Assembly: GCA_943357175.1 (NCBI GenBank)
Contig: CALRGE010000005.1
Coordinates: forward strand, 17,190-81,189
Length of the DNA stretch: 64,000 nucleotides
Direction of reading: 5' to 3'
From: Candidatus Peribacteria bacterium
GTDB lineage: Bacteria; Patescibacteriota; Gracilibacteria; UBA1369; 2-02-FULL-48-14
The translations under genes were made by a program, and so were the position numbers. Shown in pieces: positions 38,898 through 50,234 of this stretch; the first letter of the stretch is position 1; the number at the start of each line of letters is the position of its first letter. Under the pieces are notes generated by a model. It ran no database searches. It was not told where the DNA came from and saw only the letters and a list, made by a program, of their open reading frames with translations.

Positions 38898-40955
38898 ATG
38901 AACATTCCATTTATAGCCATTGGAGCAAGTATTTTATCATTGCTCTGGGCAGTCGCGTTAATCGTATCGGTACTTAATAAAAAGACAGGCGACCAAACAA
39001 TGCAAGACATTGCAAATGCCATTCAAGAAGGCGCAATGGCTTACTTAAACCGTCAGTTCAAAACAATCGCAGTTTTCGCAATTATTATTTTCTTGATTTT
39101 AGGCTTCGCATTACCTGCAAACGGATTCTTAATCGCAACCGGATTCTTGGTTGGAGCGGTTTTCTCAGCACTTGCCGGATACATTGGTATGGGCGTGGCT
39201 GTTAGAGCAAACATCAGAACAGCCGCAGCCGCAAAAGATGGGCTAGCACCTGCACTTAACATCGCCTTCAGAGGTGGTGCAGTAACAGGTTTAGCAGTAG
39301 TTGGATTGGCACTTCTTGGTGTTGCAGGTTTATATTGGTTGTTTGTGAACTCATTCGGTCTTTCAGTTTCTGAAGCACCTGGAGTTTTGATTGGATTCGG
39401 ATTCGGAGCGTCTTTGATTTCTCTCTTCGCACGTGTTGGTGGAGGAATTTTCACAAAGGCCGCAGATGTTGGAGCTGATCTTGTTGGTAAAGTTGAAAAA
39501 GGAATTCCTGAAGACGATCCAAGAAACCCTGCAGTAATTGCAGATAACGTTGGTGACAACGTGGGAGATTGCGCCGGAATGGGTGCAGATTTATTCGAAA
39601 CTTATGCAGTGACTTTAATTGCAGCCATGGTTTTGGCTGCTTCAACATTAACAGATAAAATCGGTCAGACTGGAATCGAATTTCCACTAGCACTTGGTTC
39701 TATTGCAGTTGTCTCTTCAATCCTAGGTATTTACTTTGTGAAACTTGGAGACGGTTCAAAAAACATCATGGCCGCTCTATATAAAGGAACACTCGCAACA
39801 GGAATTTTCTCAGGAATCGGTTTCTACTTCGCGACAAAATACATGATCAACGACATCAATATTTTCTTCGCAACAGTAGTAGGTTTAATTATCACTCTAC
39901 TTATCAATATCGTTACTGAATATTACACATCTAAGGAATACAGCCCAGTTCGTTCAATCGCAAAATCTTCTGAAACAGGTGCAGGAACAAACTTAATTAC
40001 AGGTCTTGGAGTTGGAATGCAGTCAACTTTCCCAATGGTTTTAATTATCATCGGTGGAATTTTTGCAGCTTACTGGCTTGGTGATCATTCAGTTCTACAA
40101 AGCGGAATTTATGGAATTGCTGTTGCTGCAGTAGCCATGCTTTCAACAACAGGAATGGTTATCGCTATGGATTCATATGGACCGATCACAGACAATGCAG
40201 GTGGTATTGCAGAAATGTCAAAACTTTCAGCTTCAGTTCGTGAGAATACAGATCTACTTGATTCTGTTGGTAACACAACAAAAGCAGTAACAAAAGGTTA
40301 CGCAATTGCATCAGCTGCACTTGCCGCTCTAGTACTTTTCCAAGCATACGGTGAAGAATTAATGAAACACTCAACAAAAGAATTTATTTTTGACATCGCA
40401 GATTACAGAGTTATTATCGGTCTATTTATAGGAGGTGTTCTTCCTTTCCTATTCTCATCATTCTTGATGGGTGCAGTTGGCCGAGCAGCGTTCAGCATTG
40501 TTGAAGAAGTTAGAAGACAGTTCCGTGAAATCAAAGGAATTATGGAAGGAAAAGCAAAGCCTGAATACAGCACTTGTGTGGATATTGTTACAAAGGCCGC
40601 ATTGAAAGAAATGGTGATGCCTGGAGTAATCGCAGTTGCTTCCCCAATTCTAGTTGGATTCATTCTTGGGCCTCTTGCTCTTGGTGGTCTACTTGGTGGA
40701 GTTATCATCACAGGTCTTCTAATGGCAATCAATATGAGCAATGCCGGTGGAGCTTGGGACAATGCAAAGAAATACGTTGAAGATGGAAACCACGGTGGAA
40801 AAGGTTCAGTTGCTCACCATGCAGCAGTTGTTGGTGACACAGTTGGTGATCCTTACAAAGACACAGCTGGTCCTGCCCTAAACGCACTCATCAAAGTTAT
40901 AAACACTATCGCTTTGATCATTGCTCCAATTATCGCAACAAAGTCATTGATGTAA
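38898..40955 (+). CDS. hppA: Membrane ion-translocating pyrophosphatase, K+-independent signature
   Basis: [20 protein letters not shown] and [11 protein letters not shown]; GNTTK(A) has the Lys that marks K+-independent H+-PPases. Confidence 0.95.
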   Translation: MNIPFIAIGASILSLLWAVALIVSVLNKKTGDQTMQDIANAIQEGAMAYLNRQFKTIAVFAIIIFLILGFALPANGFLIATGFLVGAVFSALAGYIGMGVAVRANIRTAAAAKDGLAPALNIAFRGGAVTGLAVVGLALLGVAGLYWLFVNSFGLSVSEAPGVLIGFGFGASLISLFARVGGGIFTKAADVGADLVGKVEKGIPEDDPRNPAVIADNVGDNVGDCAGMGADLFETYAVTLIAAMVLAASTLTDKIGQTGIEFPLALGSIAVVSSILGIYFVKLGDGSKNIMAALYKGTLATGIFSGIGFYFATKYMINDINIFFATVVGLIITLLINIVTEYYTSKEYSPVRSIAKSSETGAGTNLITGLGVGMQSTFPMVLIIIGGIFAAYWLGDHSVLQSGIYGIAVAAVAMLSTTGMVIAMDSYGPITDNAGGIAEMSKLSASVRENTDLLDSVGNTTKAVTKGYAIASAALAALVLFQAYGEELMKHSTKEFIFDIADYRVIIGLFIGGVLPFLFSSFLMGAVGRAAFSIVEEVRRQFREIKGIMEGKAKPEYSTCVDIVTKAALKEMVMPGVIAVASPILVGFILGPLALGGLLGGVIITGLLMAINMSNAGGAWDNAKKYVEDGNHGGKGSVAHHAAVVGDTVGDPYKDTAGPALNALIKVINTIALIIAPIIATKSLM

Positions 40956-40999
40956 CAGCCACCAGCGACTTCAGTCGCCATCACTAAGAAAGAAGCAAC

Positions 41000-41028
41000 A
41001 AAGCGCCCGCAGAAATGTGGGTGCTTTT
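41000..41028. terminator. Terminator after hppA
   Basis: AAAGCGCCCGC-AGAAAT-GTGGGTGCTTTT. Confidence 0.75.
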
Positions 41029-42829
41029 AGTTCACCGCGCTACTCATGCGCAATTCTTGTTGGCGCAATAACAAGTAAGTTGCAAAAGCCGCTCCTTCCG
41101 GAGTATCAAGAATTTTCTTCGTACTCTCTCGATCAATATCTTCACCCAAGATCAAACTAAAAAGTACTTTCATTGTATCGATATTAACCTGCGTTAAACC
41201 TTTCGTATTGATTCCGTACTGTAAAATATCAGCTTCTTTTTGAAATCCAAGAAGTCTAAATGGCAACTGAATATCAGTACCAATCGTAAAACCGGAAACA
41301 CTATCAGCAAGTCCCTCTACTTCACCTTTGCCAAAAAACCATTCATCGACTGAATTTTTCATTCCACTCTCCAGTAGCGCAGTTGCCAAAATTCTTGCTG
41401 AACTTTGCTCATCCAAAGCATTTCCACGCAAATATTCTTGCATTTTAATATAGCTGCTAATGTTATCAGGTTCTATATGAAGACCAGCAAATCGGTAATT
41501 CGAAAGAAAATTTTCATCTAAACCACCGTTACAAATAATATCATTAGCAATTTTCTTTACTTGGAGACCACGATTAGCAAAAGTAACCTCCTTTTTTTCA
41601 AAAGTTTTTTCATCTGGTAGTTTCAAATCAAGTTCAGTAAGTACTAAATTCGGACTTCTAAAATTATCATTGTTATATTTAGCCACCCAAGCCAAGCGAG
41701 ATTGAGCCCCAAAAAATCCATCTGCAATTTGCCCATCAAATTGACTTTGAACTACACCAGCCCACTCAACATCTAAACCGTTCAAATAACTTGAATCCAA
41801 AAGAATTTGTCCTGTAGAACCTATTGGAAAGCTTGATGAAATCAACGGAGAACCACCATTAATATTTTGTAGTAATTTTTTATATCCTGCAATTTCCTGA
41901 GCTCGTTCTGGAACTAAGATTGAAAGATAAATCCCTGACCACATGTCTAGAAATTCAGCAAAACTTCCGGAATCTACTCCTGTTTGAGATTGAGAATGGT
42001 AAAGAATATCAGATGGCCGTTGATAATTCGAAGCACGAATTGCTTTGCCAATCATATGATCACCTCGGACTTCAGAATCTTTCTCCCAATCAAATGAAGA
42101 AAAAGACCAGTTTCTCGCTTCCGCACCATGTTCCCGCGTAGCCTCAACAAAAGGACGATCGCTAGAAATTCCCGCACCGTAAGGAGGGCGAACATGTTTA
42201 ACTTTATAATTTGGATTAGCAGTAAGAACTTCAATCATCCATTCAAAAAATTCAAGATCTGAGGAGAAAACTTCAGAAGACATATTTTGCATGTGTGCAG
42301 GACTATTAACATCTTGATGTTGCATACCATGAAAACCGATTTCATAACCATTCTCCAAAACCTTTTTTGCAATTTCAATACTCTTAGCATCCGCAACTGA
42401 CAATAAATACTCTTCTCTACTCAAATCTCCACGATTTTCATCAATCCAATTCATCCACTCACCTGGTTCAGGTGACCCACCGTTAATAAACTTTCCACCA
42501 ATGTAATAAAAAATAACGTTCTGAAAATGCAAATTCTCAACAGACTGAATCAATTTCAAATCATTTTCATTAGGACCGTCGTCAAAAGTCGGCGTTACAA
42601 AACTTAATGGATTTGAAACAGCATCAGGCCATTCAACACGACTCACAATCTCCAAAGGAGCAGATTTAAAACCGTCAATTTTAAAAACTTCTTCAATTTT
42701 CTGATGAGTATTTTCACAATCAAGTAAAAATGGCTTTCTCTCAGGACCAGAATCCAAAGTAAGAAGACTGGCCATTGCAAGCATACGAACTTTGTTCATA
42801 TTATTTTTCAGATAAATACTCTTTCGCAC
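41027..42829 (-). CDS. Polysaccharide deacetylase (CE4/NodB) multidomain protein
   Basis: TFDDGP, HGMQH, RPPYG, WSFSSFDW, ILYH; then DGFFGAQS and a C-terminal region with ES...GLTQ. Start may be 42799. Confidence 0.8.
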   Translation of the reverse strand: MRKSIYLKNNMNKVRMLAMASLLTLDSGPERKPFLLDCENTHQKIEEVFKIDGFKSAPLEIVSRVEWPDAVSNPLSFVTPTFDDGPNENDLKLIQSVENLHFQNVIFYYIGGKFINGGSPEPGEWMNWIDENRGDLSREEYLLSVADAKSIEIAKKVLENGYEIGFHGMQHQDVNSPAHMQNMSSEVFSSDLEFFEWMIEVLTANPNYKVKHVRPPYGAGISSDRPFVEATREHGAEARNWSFSSFDWEKDSEVRGDHMIGKAIRASNYQRPSDILYHSQSQTGVDSGSFAEFLDMWSGIYLSILVPERAQEIAGYKKLLQNINGGSPLISSSFPIGSTGQILLDSSYLNGLDVEWAGVVQSQFDGQIADGFFGAQSRLAWVAKYNNDNFRSPNLVLTELDLKLPDEKTFEKKEVTFANRGLQVKKIANDIICNGGLDENFLSNYRFAGLHIEPDNISSYIKMQEYLRGNALDEQSSARILATALLESGMKNSVDEWFFGKGEVEGLADSVSGFTIGTDIQLPFRLLGFQKEADILQYGINTKGLTQVNIDTMKVLFSLILGEDIDRESTKKILDTPEGAAFATYLLLRQQELRMSSAVN

Positions 42830-44369
42830 GATTCACGTAATAACCATCATCCGTCTTCTCAAGCAAACCTATTTTAACTTTAAGTTCAAGAACTTGCTTT
42901 ACTCGTGCATCAATATCTTCCATGCTCATTTCACCCTTTTCAATAGCCACTTCAACAGTGGCAGCAATCTGATCTAAGTCACCGCTATTATGAAGCAACA
43001 TTGGCATAGTCGCACCTGCCATAAATGCATTTTGAAAAAGGAAACCAGGGTTATTACATCCATCCTTTTTACTATAATTCTGTATAGCACCCATACTTAA
43101 ATCATCAGTCCAAACTACTCCATCAAAACCAAGTACATTTCGCAATCTATGTTGGATTACGTCAGAACTAAGTGTCCCTGGAGTATTTGTATCCATAAAA
43201 CTCAATGCATGCCCAACCATTATTCCATCAACAGGATTCATAGTTGTAAATTTACTAGCATCAACTCCGAAATCATGATTTTCAAGCTTAGCAACACGTG
43301 CATCAACAAAGAACCTATCAAGAGGATAATAATTTGGTATACCTTCAGTAAACAATCTTCCTACTATTGCATCTTTAAAAGGAAGAAAACTCCCGTCCTT
43401 TTTATCCATTCCAGAAATCGTTTGTTCCTCAACTGCATGTGGATTAACATCCATTTTTCCAGTTCCGGCAAAATGCTTTGGTACCAAAAGAACTCCATTT
43501 TGTAATTGGAATCCTTTTTGAAAATGGAATGCCAAAACTCTCACTGTATGAATTTTATCACTATACGTCTCATCATTTTTTTCCATAAAATTAAGCCCAT
43601 CTTTATCCTCAACCAAATCCATAACTGGACCAAAATCAACAGTGATTCCAATATGACGGCAAAGTTTTGCAATCGCAGCACCATATTTTTCCATATCAAG
43701 CCGAAAAGCTATTTTTTCTTTATCTGTTTTAAGACTTTCAAAAAGTCGCCCCAAATCTTCTTGAGCTGGCAGTTCAATATTATTAGCTTTTGCAAGTAGA
43801 ATAAAACGCATCGGAACTCCAAATTTATAAGCTTCGTCATAAGTAATCCCTAAATGCTTTGTATATCCACCAACAATATCCATTGAAGTGAACGGTGGAA
43901 TTTTACTCTTAGCCATAATTTCATACATACTTAATTGTGCCTCCTCAACTGTACGAGCATCTGACCGAAAAATATGTACACCGCCAATATTTTCATCAGA
44001 TTTAAGATCATCAGTTATCCAATCGGTGAAATTTATTGGCAGTGGCACTTTACGATGATTTACTACGCGATCAATTGTATCGTCAATCTTTGAGTCATAT
44101 GCGGAACCATGAAGAAGTTGTGCAATCTTTTCTCTTAAACTTAACTCTGCAATTGAGAATTTTTCTCCATCATGAGGAAAATCAATCTCATCACTCGACT
44201 CACGATTACAAGAATACATTGCAAGAAAAACAGATGTATTAAATGCCGAAACTAATGCCGATATATTAAAAGCTGCAAATACTTGCAATCCATTCTTAAG
44301 CAAATTTAATCCAACTTTTTTAAGTTTATCTCTACTCTCGGCTTGTCTATTAATACGCTCCATAATCAA
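42801..44369 (-). CDS. Glycoside hydrolase family 3, NagZ-like
   Basis: SMDIVGG, FGPVMDL, KHFAG, IMVGH and TDDLSMGAI motifs. Confidence 0.85.
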   Translation of the reverse strand: MIMERINRQAESRDKLKKVGLNLLKNGLQVFAAFNISALVSAFNTSVFLAMYSCNRESSDEIDFPHDGEKFSIAELSLREKIAQLLHGSAYDSKIDDTIDRVVNHRKVPLPINFTDWITDDLKSDENIGGVHIFRSDARTVEEAQLSMYEIMAKSKIPPFTSMDIVGGYTKHLGITYDEAYKFGVPMRFILLAKANNIELPAQEDLGRLFESLKTDKEKIAFRLDMEKYGAAIAKLCRHIGITVDFGPVMDLVEDKDGLNFMEKNDETYSDKIHTVRVLAFHFQKGFQLQNGVLLVPKHFAGTGKMDVNPHAVEEQTISGMDKKDGSFLPFKDAIVGRLFTEGIPNYYPLDRFFVDARVAKLENHDFGVDASKFTTMNPVDGIMVGHALSFMDTNTPGTLSSDVIQHRLRNVLGFDGVVWTDDLSMGAIQNYSKKDGCNNPGFLFQNAFMAGATMPMLLHNSGDLDQIAATVEVAIEKGEMSMEDIDARVKQVLELKVKIGLLEKTDDGYYVNRAKEYLSEK

Positions 44370-44430
44370 ATAATTTATCTGACTATAGAACTATTCCTTT
44401 AATTTGTCAAGGCAGTGCCCTTCACTAAAC

Positions 44431-45204
44431 TTATTTAACCGATTCAGTGATTTCCGGGTAGTGCTTTAAAATCCAAGCAAAATTATACAAGTATCGACTA
44501 TGAATATCAGACTTACCAACTGCATCACGAACGGGTTTTAACTCTTCTTTACGCGCACCAATACTATTAAGATTTCTTCCAGCACGAGACAATGAAATTT
44601 CCAAACCTTTTAAAGAAGCTGCGAGATGCATTTTTTCACTTTCATCAAGGCTCTCAATACCTTTCGCAGATAAAAACCTTATAATAGACAACAGTGTCTT
44701 TGCCTGATTTATTCTTCCATTCAAAGTAGTTTCAGCAATTTCCTCATTTGTAGTTCCTAAAACTGGATATGCTCTCGATCTCCAATCTCCCATTTGTTCA
44801 CCTTCATTCATAGCCACAACATTCTGTAGGAAACTCTCCATCTTCCAAATTTCATGATCCACATCTATTCGAGTAGAATTTGTACGAGCTAATTGAAGAT
44901 ATTTACCAGCTTCGCCCTTTTTACCTTCTGTCTGGATTTCATATAATTCTTTTACATTTGCATCATGCAGATCAGCCAAAGAATCCAAAGAAAAGATGTC
45001 TTTAAATAATTCCTCAACTTGATCTCTTACCAATCCACGTTGAGCACTAAGTCTTATTTCAATCTTTCTTCTTTCAATATCAGCAAGTACATCATCTCTG
45101 GGTACGCCTTCATATACTCTTTTCCTACTCTGCATGCGAGGCGAAGCTCCTTGCTCATATGAATCTAACCAACCATCCGTAAGCATAAATAAGATATTAT
45201 CCAA
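44431..45204 (-). CDS. Hypothetical protein
   Basis: 257-aa helical ORF; no motif recognised. Confidence 0.65.
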   Translation of the reverse strand: MDNILFMLTDGWLDSYEQGASPRMQSRKRVYEGVPRDDVLADIERRKIEIRLSAQRGLVRDQVEELFKDIFSLDSLADLHDANVKELYEIQTEGKKGEAGKYLQLARTNSTRIDVDHEIWKMESFLQNVVAMNEGEQMGDWRSRAYPVLGTTNEEIAETTLNGRINQAKTLLSIIRFLSAKGIESLDESEKMHLAASLKGLEISLSRAGRNLNSIGARKEELKPVRDAVGKSDIHSRYLYNFAWILKHYPEITESVK

Positions 45205-45302
45205 ATAATAAAATTATTTTACATAAAACTAACATTTTAGCAAGCAAGCATACTTGCCGACCTACACCATTTCCCATACACTGACCTCCACTCCAAAAAA
45301 CA

Positions 45303-45539
45303 ATGTTCAATCCACTCAAATATCAATATTTGGCCAATTTTCTCCAAAAAGAAGATGGCATCGCCGAACTATCTCTGAAACTGGGAGCGAAAGAACATAC
45401 ACTAAAAATTCCGGCAGATTTTTTACCAAAAGAACTAGAACCAGGGCATGAATTTATTTTGAAAATGATACCTGCGGACTCAGCAAAAACAAACGACTAT
45501 GAAACGATGAGAAAGATACTTGAAGACTTAATAAATTAA
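45303..45539 (+). CDS. Small conserved-looking hypothetical protein (DUF3006-like)
   Basis: IPADFLPKELEPG and ILEDLIN pattern. Confidence 0.55.
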   Translation: MFNPLKYQYLANFLQKEDGIAELSLKLGAKEHTLKIPADFLPKELEPGHEFILKMIPADSAKTNDYETMRKILEDLIN

Positions 45540-46198
45540 TCCTTCTTTTCTTTCTTTTCAGGAGCATCAGCTCCTTCTTCAACCTTCTTTTCAGAAGTAA
45601 CCTCAATCTTAGATAGATCAACTGGTTCCGCTGGAGCTTCTTCTTCAGCTTTTTGCTGAGCTACAGTAGCAACAGTCAATTCTGCGTCTGTAATAAGAGT
45701 GATTCTTTCTGGAAGTTTGATGTCACTAACGTGAAGTGAAGCGTTGAAATCAACAAGTGTCTCAACATTCAATATCAATTCGTGAATCAAATCAGCTGGA
45801 AGACATTTAATTTCAATCTCATGAATACTCTGAACTAAAGTCCCCTGTAATTCTTTAACTGCAGGTGCAGTTCCTTCAAGTTTAACCTTAACACGAGTGT
45901 TAATTGCCTGATCCATCTTAATGTTGATGAACTCAACATGAGTAATATCATCTGAAACTGGATGATAATCAACGTGGTGAATCAAAACTTTCTTCTTAGA
46001 ACCATCAATATCTAAATCAATAATAGTATTCTGACCTGCACTTTTGTAAGCTCTTCTAATATCTCCGTAAGCCATCTGCAAGCTAAGATTTTCAACTCCA
46101 CGACCATAAAATTCAGCAGGAACCAACTTCACTCTTCTAAGAGTGTTTGCTCTAGCTTTTGGGTCTCGCTTCTGTGCTTTCAATACTATTGTATCCAT
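45536..46198 (-). CDS. rplY: 50S ribosomal protein bL25/CTC
   Basis: VPAEFYGRG, HPVSDDITHVEF and C-terminal CTC domain. Confidence 0.93.
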   Translation of the reverse strand: MDTIVLKAQKRDPKARANTLRRVKLVPAEFYGRGVENLSLQMAYGDIRRAYKSAGQNTIIDLDIDGSKKKVLIHHVDYHPVSDDITHVEFINIKMDQAINTRVKVKLEGTAPAVKELQGTLVQSIHEIEIKCLPADLIHELILNVETLVDFNASLHVSDIKLPERITLITDAELTVATVAQQKAEEEAPAEPVDLSKIEVTSEKKVEEGADAPEKKEKKD

Positions 46199-46307
46199 AT
46201 ATTTTTAAATTAGCGGGGTGATTCTAGCTAACAGTCAATAGAAGTGCAAGCTAAAATTTACAAGTAAAGTTCCGTCTGCTAAACTGCAGCCACTTTAACA
46301 AAAAAAT

Positions 46308-46631
46308 ATGGGATTATTTGGACAAGCAAAAGACATGTACCAGCTTCAAAAAAAGGCAAAACAGATTAAGAAAGACCTTGCAAACCTACATATAGAAGCG
46401 GAATTCGAAGGAGTAACTGTGATTATTAACGGTGAACAGGAAGTTATGGAAGTTCGGATTTCCGAGGAAATGATGAAGCCTGAGAACAAAATGAAACTTG
46501 AGAAGGCTCTTCTTACAGCATTCAACAAAGCAGTAAAGAAATCACAAGAAATAGCAGCTGAGAGAATGCGAGATGTTATGGGAGATTTGGGTCTTCCAGG
46601 AATGGCAGGTGGAACTGATGCCGCAGCCTAA
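46308..46631 (+). CDS. ybaB: YbaB/EbfC nucleoid-associated protein
   Basis: VTVIINGEQEV, AFNKAV and GLPG pattern. Confidence 0.85.
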   Translation: MGLFGQAKDMYQLQKKAKQIKKDLANLHIEAEFEGVTVIINGEQEVMEVRISEEMMKPENKMKLEKALLTAFNKAVKKSQEIAAERMRDVMGDLGLPGMAGGTDAAA

Positions 46632-47632
46632 TGGAAAAAAGATTTCTTCAGCTAGGAGCGCTCGCGCTAATTTGCTTCAGCATTTGGCATTTTTGGGATC
46701 CTCTTTGGAAATACAATATAAATGAAGCAGTAGATAAAAATAGCACAGAAAAACTTGTTTTTGAGGTAGAAAAAGGCGAATCAGCAAAGTCGATTGCAAA
46801 CGGACTAGATGATAAAGATTTGTTGGTTGATTATCGCGCTTTTTTAAGAACTGTAAAAAGTGAAGAACTCGACAATAAACTTCGTTATGGAAAATTCGTT
46901 TTGAGTCAAAACATGACAACCAGAGAAATCGTAACTATTCTAACAACTCAAGGTACAGGTGAGCTTGCACTAACTATCAAAGAAGGTGCTACAATAGATG
47001 AAATAGATGGCCAGCTTGCAGAGCTTGGCCTAATAAAAGCCGGCGATTTCAGACTTTGCAGCTTTAATTGTGTCTTCACGTATGATTTTTTAGAAAACGA
47101 CCGCAGTCTTGAGGGTTTTCTCTTCCCTGACACTTATTTTTTGGATAGTGCCAATTTTTCCTCTGAAACTTTGATCAATCAAATGCTCAGAAATTTCGAT
47201 TCAAAATTTACCGAGCAAATGGAGGCAGATTTGGGAAATAGATCTATTAGAGATGTAATCAAAGTTGCTTCAATGGTTGAGAAGGAAGTGAATTATTCAA
47301 CTCACCCAAATGATGCCCCACTTGTTGCCGGCATAATCTGGAAACGTCTCGACAATGATTGGACCCTGGGAATTGATGCAACGCTACTTTATATGGATTC
47401 TGATGGTAAACTTTCATCTGAAGATTTAGCATCAACAAGCCCATATAATACACGTGTTCAAAAAGGTCTAACTCCAACAGCCATTAGTAACCCAGGAATT
47501 GATGCAATTATCGCCGCAATTTACCCAAAAGATTCAGCCTACTGGTTCTACCTGACAGCTACTGAAACCGGTGATACAATCTTTTCCACGACAAACGAAG
47601 AGCATGAGGCGAATAAGTCTCGTTACTTATAA
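46631..47632 (+). CDS. mltG: Endolytic transglycosylase MltG
   Basis: LEGFLFPDTY, ASMVEKE, SPYNT, PTAISNPG. Confidence 0.92.
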   Translation: MEKRFLQLGALALICFSIWHFWDPLWKYNINEAVDKNSTEKLVFEVEKGESAKSIANGLDDKDLLVDYRAFLRTVKSEELDNKLRYGKFVLSQNMTTREIVTILTTQGTGELALTIKEGATIDEIDGQLAELGLIKAGDFRLCSFNCVFTYDFLENDRSLEGFLFPDTYFLDSANFSSETLINQMLRNFDSKFTEQMEADLGNRSIRDVIKVASMVEKEVNYSTHPNDAPLVAGIIWKRLDNDWTLGIDATLLYMDSDGKLSSEDLASTSPYNTRVQKGLTPTAISNPGIDAIIAAIYPKDSAYWFYLTATETGDTIFSTTNEEHEANKSRYL

Positions 47633-47668
47633 AGAGGGTGAGGAATACAGGAAATATTCTCACCCTCT
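47633..47668. terminator. Hairpin between convergent genes
   Basis: AGAGGGTGAG...CTCACCCTCT inverted repeat; lacks a long U-tract. Confidence 0.55.
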
Positions 47669-48809
47669 AAAAGCTCGCATTCACCTTCACCACAACTGTG
47701 TTGCTCACCTTCCCTGCTGCATCATAAGCAATAACAGTATAAGTATTATCACCAACTTTCAGGTTTTTATATTCTGCAGTTGCAACAAAGCGGAAACTTG
47801 AGCCACCGGATTTGAAACCTTGCAAAGTATAAGGTGAATTATTCCCGTCCCATGTCACAGTTACTTTATCTGCAGTTCCATTAACAATTTCACCTTCAAT
47901 TGCGAGGCCATTTTTTTCAATTGTAGCAGGTGAAATAGGTGAACTTACTGAAATCACCAATCCAGATAAAACTTCTCCAGTTGAAGCTACAGGTTCAACA
48001 ATTTCCACAGGAGTCTCAACAATTGTAATAAGCTCATCATTCACTTCAGAAGTACCAGAAGTCTGAAGAACTCCAGCTTTGACTAAAGTCCAAGTATAAA
48101 AAACATCGCCCAACAAGTCATCTGTAGAATTTTCGACAAGCGTTACAGATTCACGTGCCAACAAAGATGTCTGTTTTGAATCAGGCATTGCAATTTTTTG
48201 ACCACTCTTCAAAATTGTATTTTCAATAACAACATCTTTATCAAGCATTTGCGGATTTGCCTCTCCGTTCAAAACATAAATATACTCATTATCAGGAATA
48301 TTTGAGGCAATATATTGAGTTTGCACAGATGCAATTTTCATCACATCGGTTTTAACATTCAAAGTCATCTGGCCTTCTTCATTTGGAATTTGATTAACAA
48401 AAACTCGTCCATTTTTCAGCTCAAGTGTCAAAAAATCATTATTATCTTCAGTCGATACATCAGAAAAAAGCAGAGTTGTTTTCTGGTCGAGTGTAATTTT
48501 ACTACCATTATAGAAACTTAAAGTTGCATAACTATTTTCAGCGGTTTCAATTTTATCACCTTCCAGAATCATTTGAGAATTTGCTGCTGCGCCAGGGCTA
48601 TCATCACCCCAAACAGTAACCAGAGCACTACCTTTATCTATAGACAAAATCGCCTCATCACGTTTTTCATTTTTAGTATTGCTCGCCGATGTAAAACAGG
48701 ATTTAAAGAAAATCGCAGAAATCACTAAGAAAATCATCAACCAGAAAAACGAGGAAAATGTTTCCCGCTTTTTTTTCGGCTGATAACGTCTGTAATATGT
48801 GTAATTCAT
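47667..48809 (-). CDS. FecR-like domain membrane protein with C-terminal Ig-like domain
   Basis: TM segment, GDKIET...FYNGSKITLD, and GDNTYTVIAYDAAG. Confidence 0.7.
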   Translation of the reverse strand: MNYTYYRRYQPKKKRETFSSFFWLMIFLVISAIFFKSCFTSASNTKNEKRDEAILSIDKGSALVTVWGDDSPGAAANSQMILEGDKIETAENSYATLSFYNGSKITLDQKTTLLFSDVSTEDNNDFLTLELKNGRVFVNQIPNEEGQMTLNVKTDVMKIASVQTQYIASNIPDNEYIYVLNGEANPQMLDKDVVIENTILKSGQKIAMPDSKQTSLLARESVTLVENSTDDLLGDVFYTWTLVKAGVLQTSGTSEVNDELITIVETPVEIVEPVASTGEVLSGLVISVSSPISPATIEKNGLAIEGEIVNGTADKVTVTWDGNNSPYTLQGFKSGGSSFRFVATAEYKNLKVGDNTYTVIAYDAAGKVSNTVVVKVNASF

Positions 48810-48812
48810 GCT

Positions 48813-50234
48813 CTAAATACCCATATCCTTTTTAATGGAATTTATATCTTTAATCAAGGCCTGATCTTTTTTTAGAGCTTTTTCAACTTTTTCACATGAG
48901 TGCATAACAGTCGTATGATTCTTTCCACCAAAATCAGCTCCAATTTTTTCATAAGGAAAATTTAATCCTGTTCGAATCAAATACATTGCAACCTGTCTTG
49001 GCTTCATAATTTCACTTTTACGAGCTTCCCCAAAAATCTCAGCTGCAGCGACTTTATAATATTCAGCCACAATTTGCACAACATCTTGAGAAGTTCTTGC
49101 CCGACTCAAATCCTGTTCTGCATTCATTTCAAAAGGAATCGCTTTACGCAGTTTTTTCAAAATACTCGCTACGTGTCTAACTGTTGGCGTTGTATGTTCC
49201 AGCTCAGCCTCCGCAATTGCCTGTAAAAGTAAGCCTTCAAGTTCTCGAACAGAGTCAGGCACATTCTTGGCAATAAACTCAAGCACCTCCGGATGAATCA
49301 TTGATTGCTGCTCTCGGCATTTAGCATGCAAAATTGCCAGTCTAGTTTCATAATCAGGATGCTGAACATCCACAATCATTCCCATTCCAAATCGGCTCAC
49401 CAGCCTGTCTTCCAAACCACGTAAATCTCGTGGCGGTCTATCTGAACTAATTATAATTTGTTTGTTGTTGTCATATAGCTCGTTAAAAGTATGGAAAAAT
49501 TCCTGCTGAGTCATTTCTTTATCAGCAAGAAATTGAATATCATCGATAATCAAACAATCTACTTTTCGGTATCGATCTTTAAAAGCCTTTGAGTTTCTTT
49601 TTCCAATAGCTTCAACGATTTCATTCGTGAACCTTTCGCTAGTCATGTAAACCACAATTTTATCTGGATCATTTCGCAAAATTTCATTTCCGGTAGCTTG
49701 TAAAAGATGAGTCTTACCTAATCCTACTCCACCATAAACAAAGAGTGGGTTGTATGCCTTTCCAGGATTATGTGCAACCGAATAGCAAGCTGCATGTGCC
49801 AATCGACTATTCTGACCGATTACATAATTATGAAGTGTATACTTTGGGTTCAAACATTTACTCGCAACGCCTTCCGCCAAACGCACTTCTTGTTTTCCAG
49901 GCAATTTTCTCATCTTCTTTTCGTTCCCAAAAAATTTCGTAACATCAATACTTCGATTATCATTGTTTGAATCAAAACCAGGTCTCACCTCAACTACTAA
50001 ATTCTGGAAACGCGGTTCAATGAAACGGATTGCCGCAATTAACTGTTCATTAAATTTATTTTCAAGCCAATCTTTTGCATACAAATTTGGCGCCCCAACA
50101 GTCATGATTCCTTCATCAAAAGAAATCACACCTGTATTTTGAAACCAAGTCAGAAAGTGTGCCTTTTTAACTTCAGGTTCTACTTTTTCGAGGATGCGAA
50201 GCCAAAGCTCACGTTCCGAGGAAACAGCTAGCAT
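48813..50234 (-). CDS. dnaA: Replication initiator DnaA
   Basis: YNPLFVYGGVGLGKTHL, IDDIQF, EFFHTFN, PRQVAMYL, HTTVMH. Confidence 0.97.
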   Translation of the reverse strand: MLAVSSERELWLRILEKVEPEVKKAHFLTWFQNTGVISFDEGIMTVGAPNLYAKDWLENKFNEQLIAAIRFIEPRFQNLVVEVRPGFDSNNDNRSIDVTKFFGNEKKMRKLPGKQEVRLAEGVASKCLNPKYTLHNYVIGQNSRLAHAACYSVAHNPGKAYNPLFVYGGVGLGKTHLLQATGNEILRNDPDKIVVYMTSERFTNEIVEAIGKRNSKAFKDRYRKVDCLIIDDIQFLADKEMTQQEFFHTFNELYDNNKQIIISSDRPPRDLRGLEDRLVSRFGMGMIVDVQHPDYETRLAILHAKCREQQSMIHPEVLEFIAKNVPDSVRELEGLLLQAIAEAELEHTTPTVRHVASILKKLRKAIPFEMNAEQDLSRARTSQDVVQIVAEYYKVAAAEIFGEARKSEIMKPRQVAMYLIRTGLNFPYEKIGADFGGKNHTTVMHSCEKVEKALKKDQALIKDINSIKKDMGI

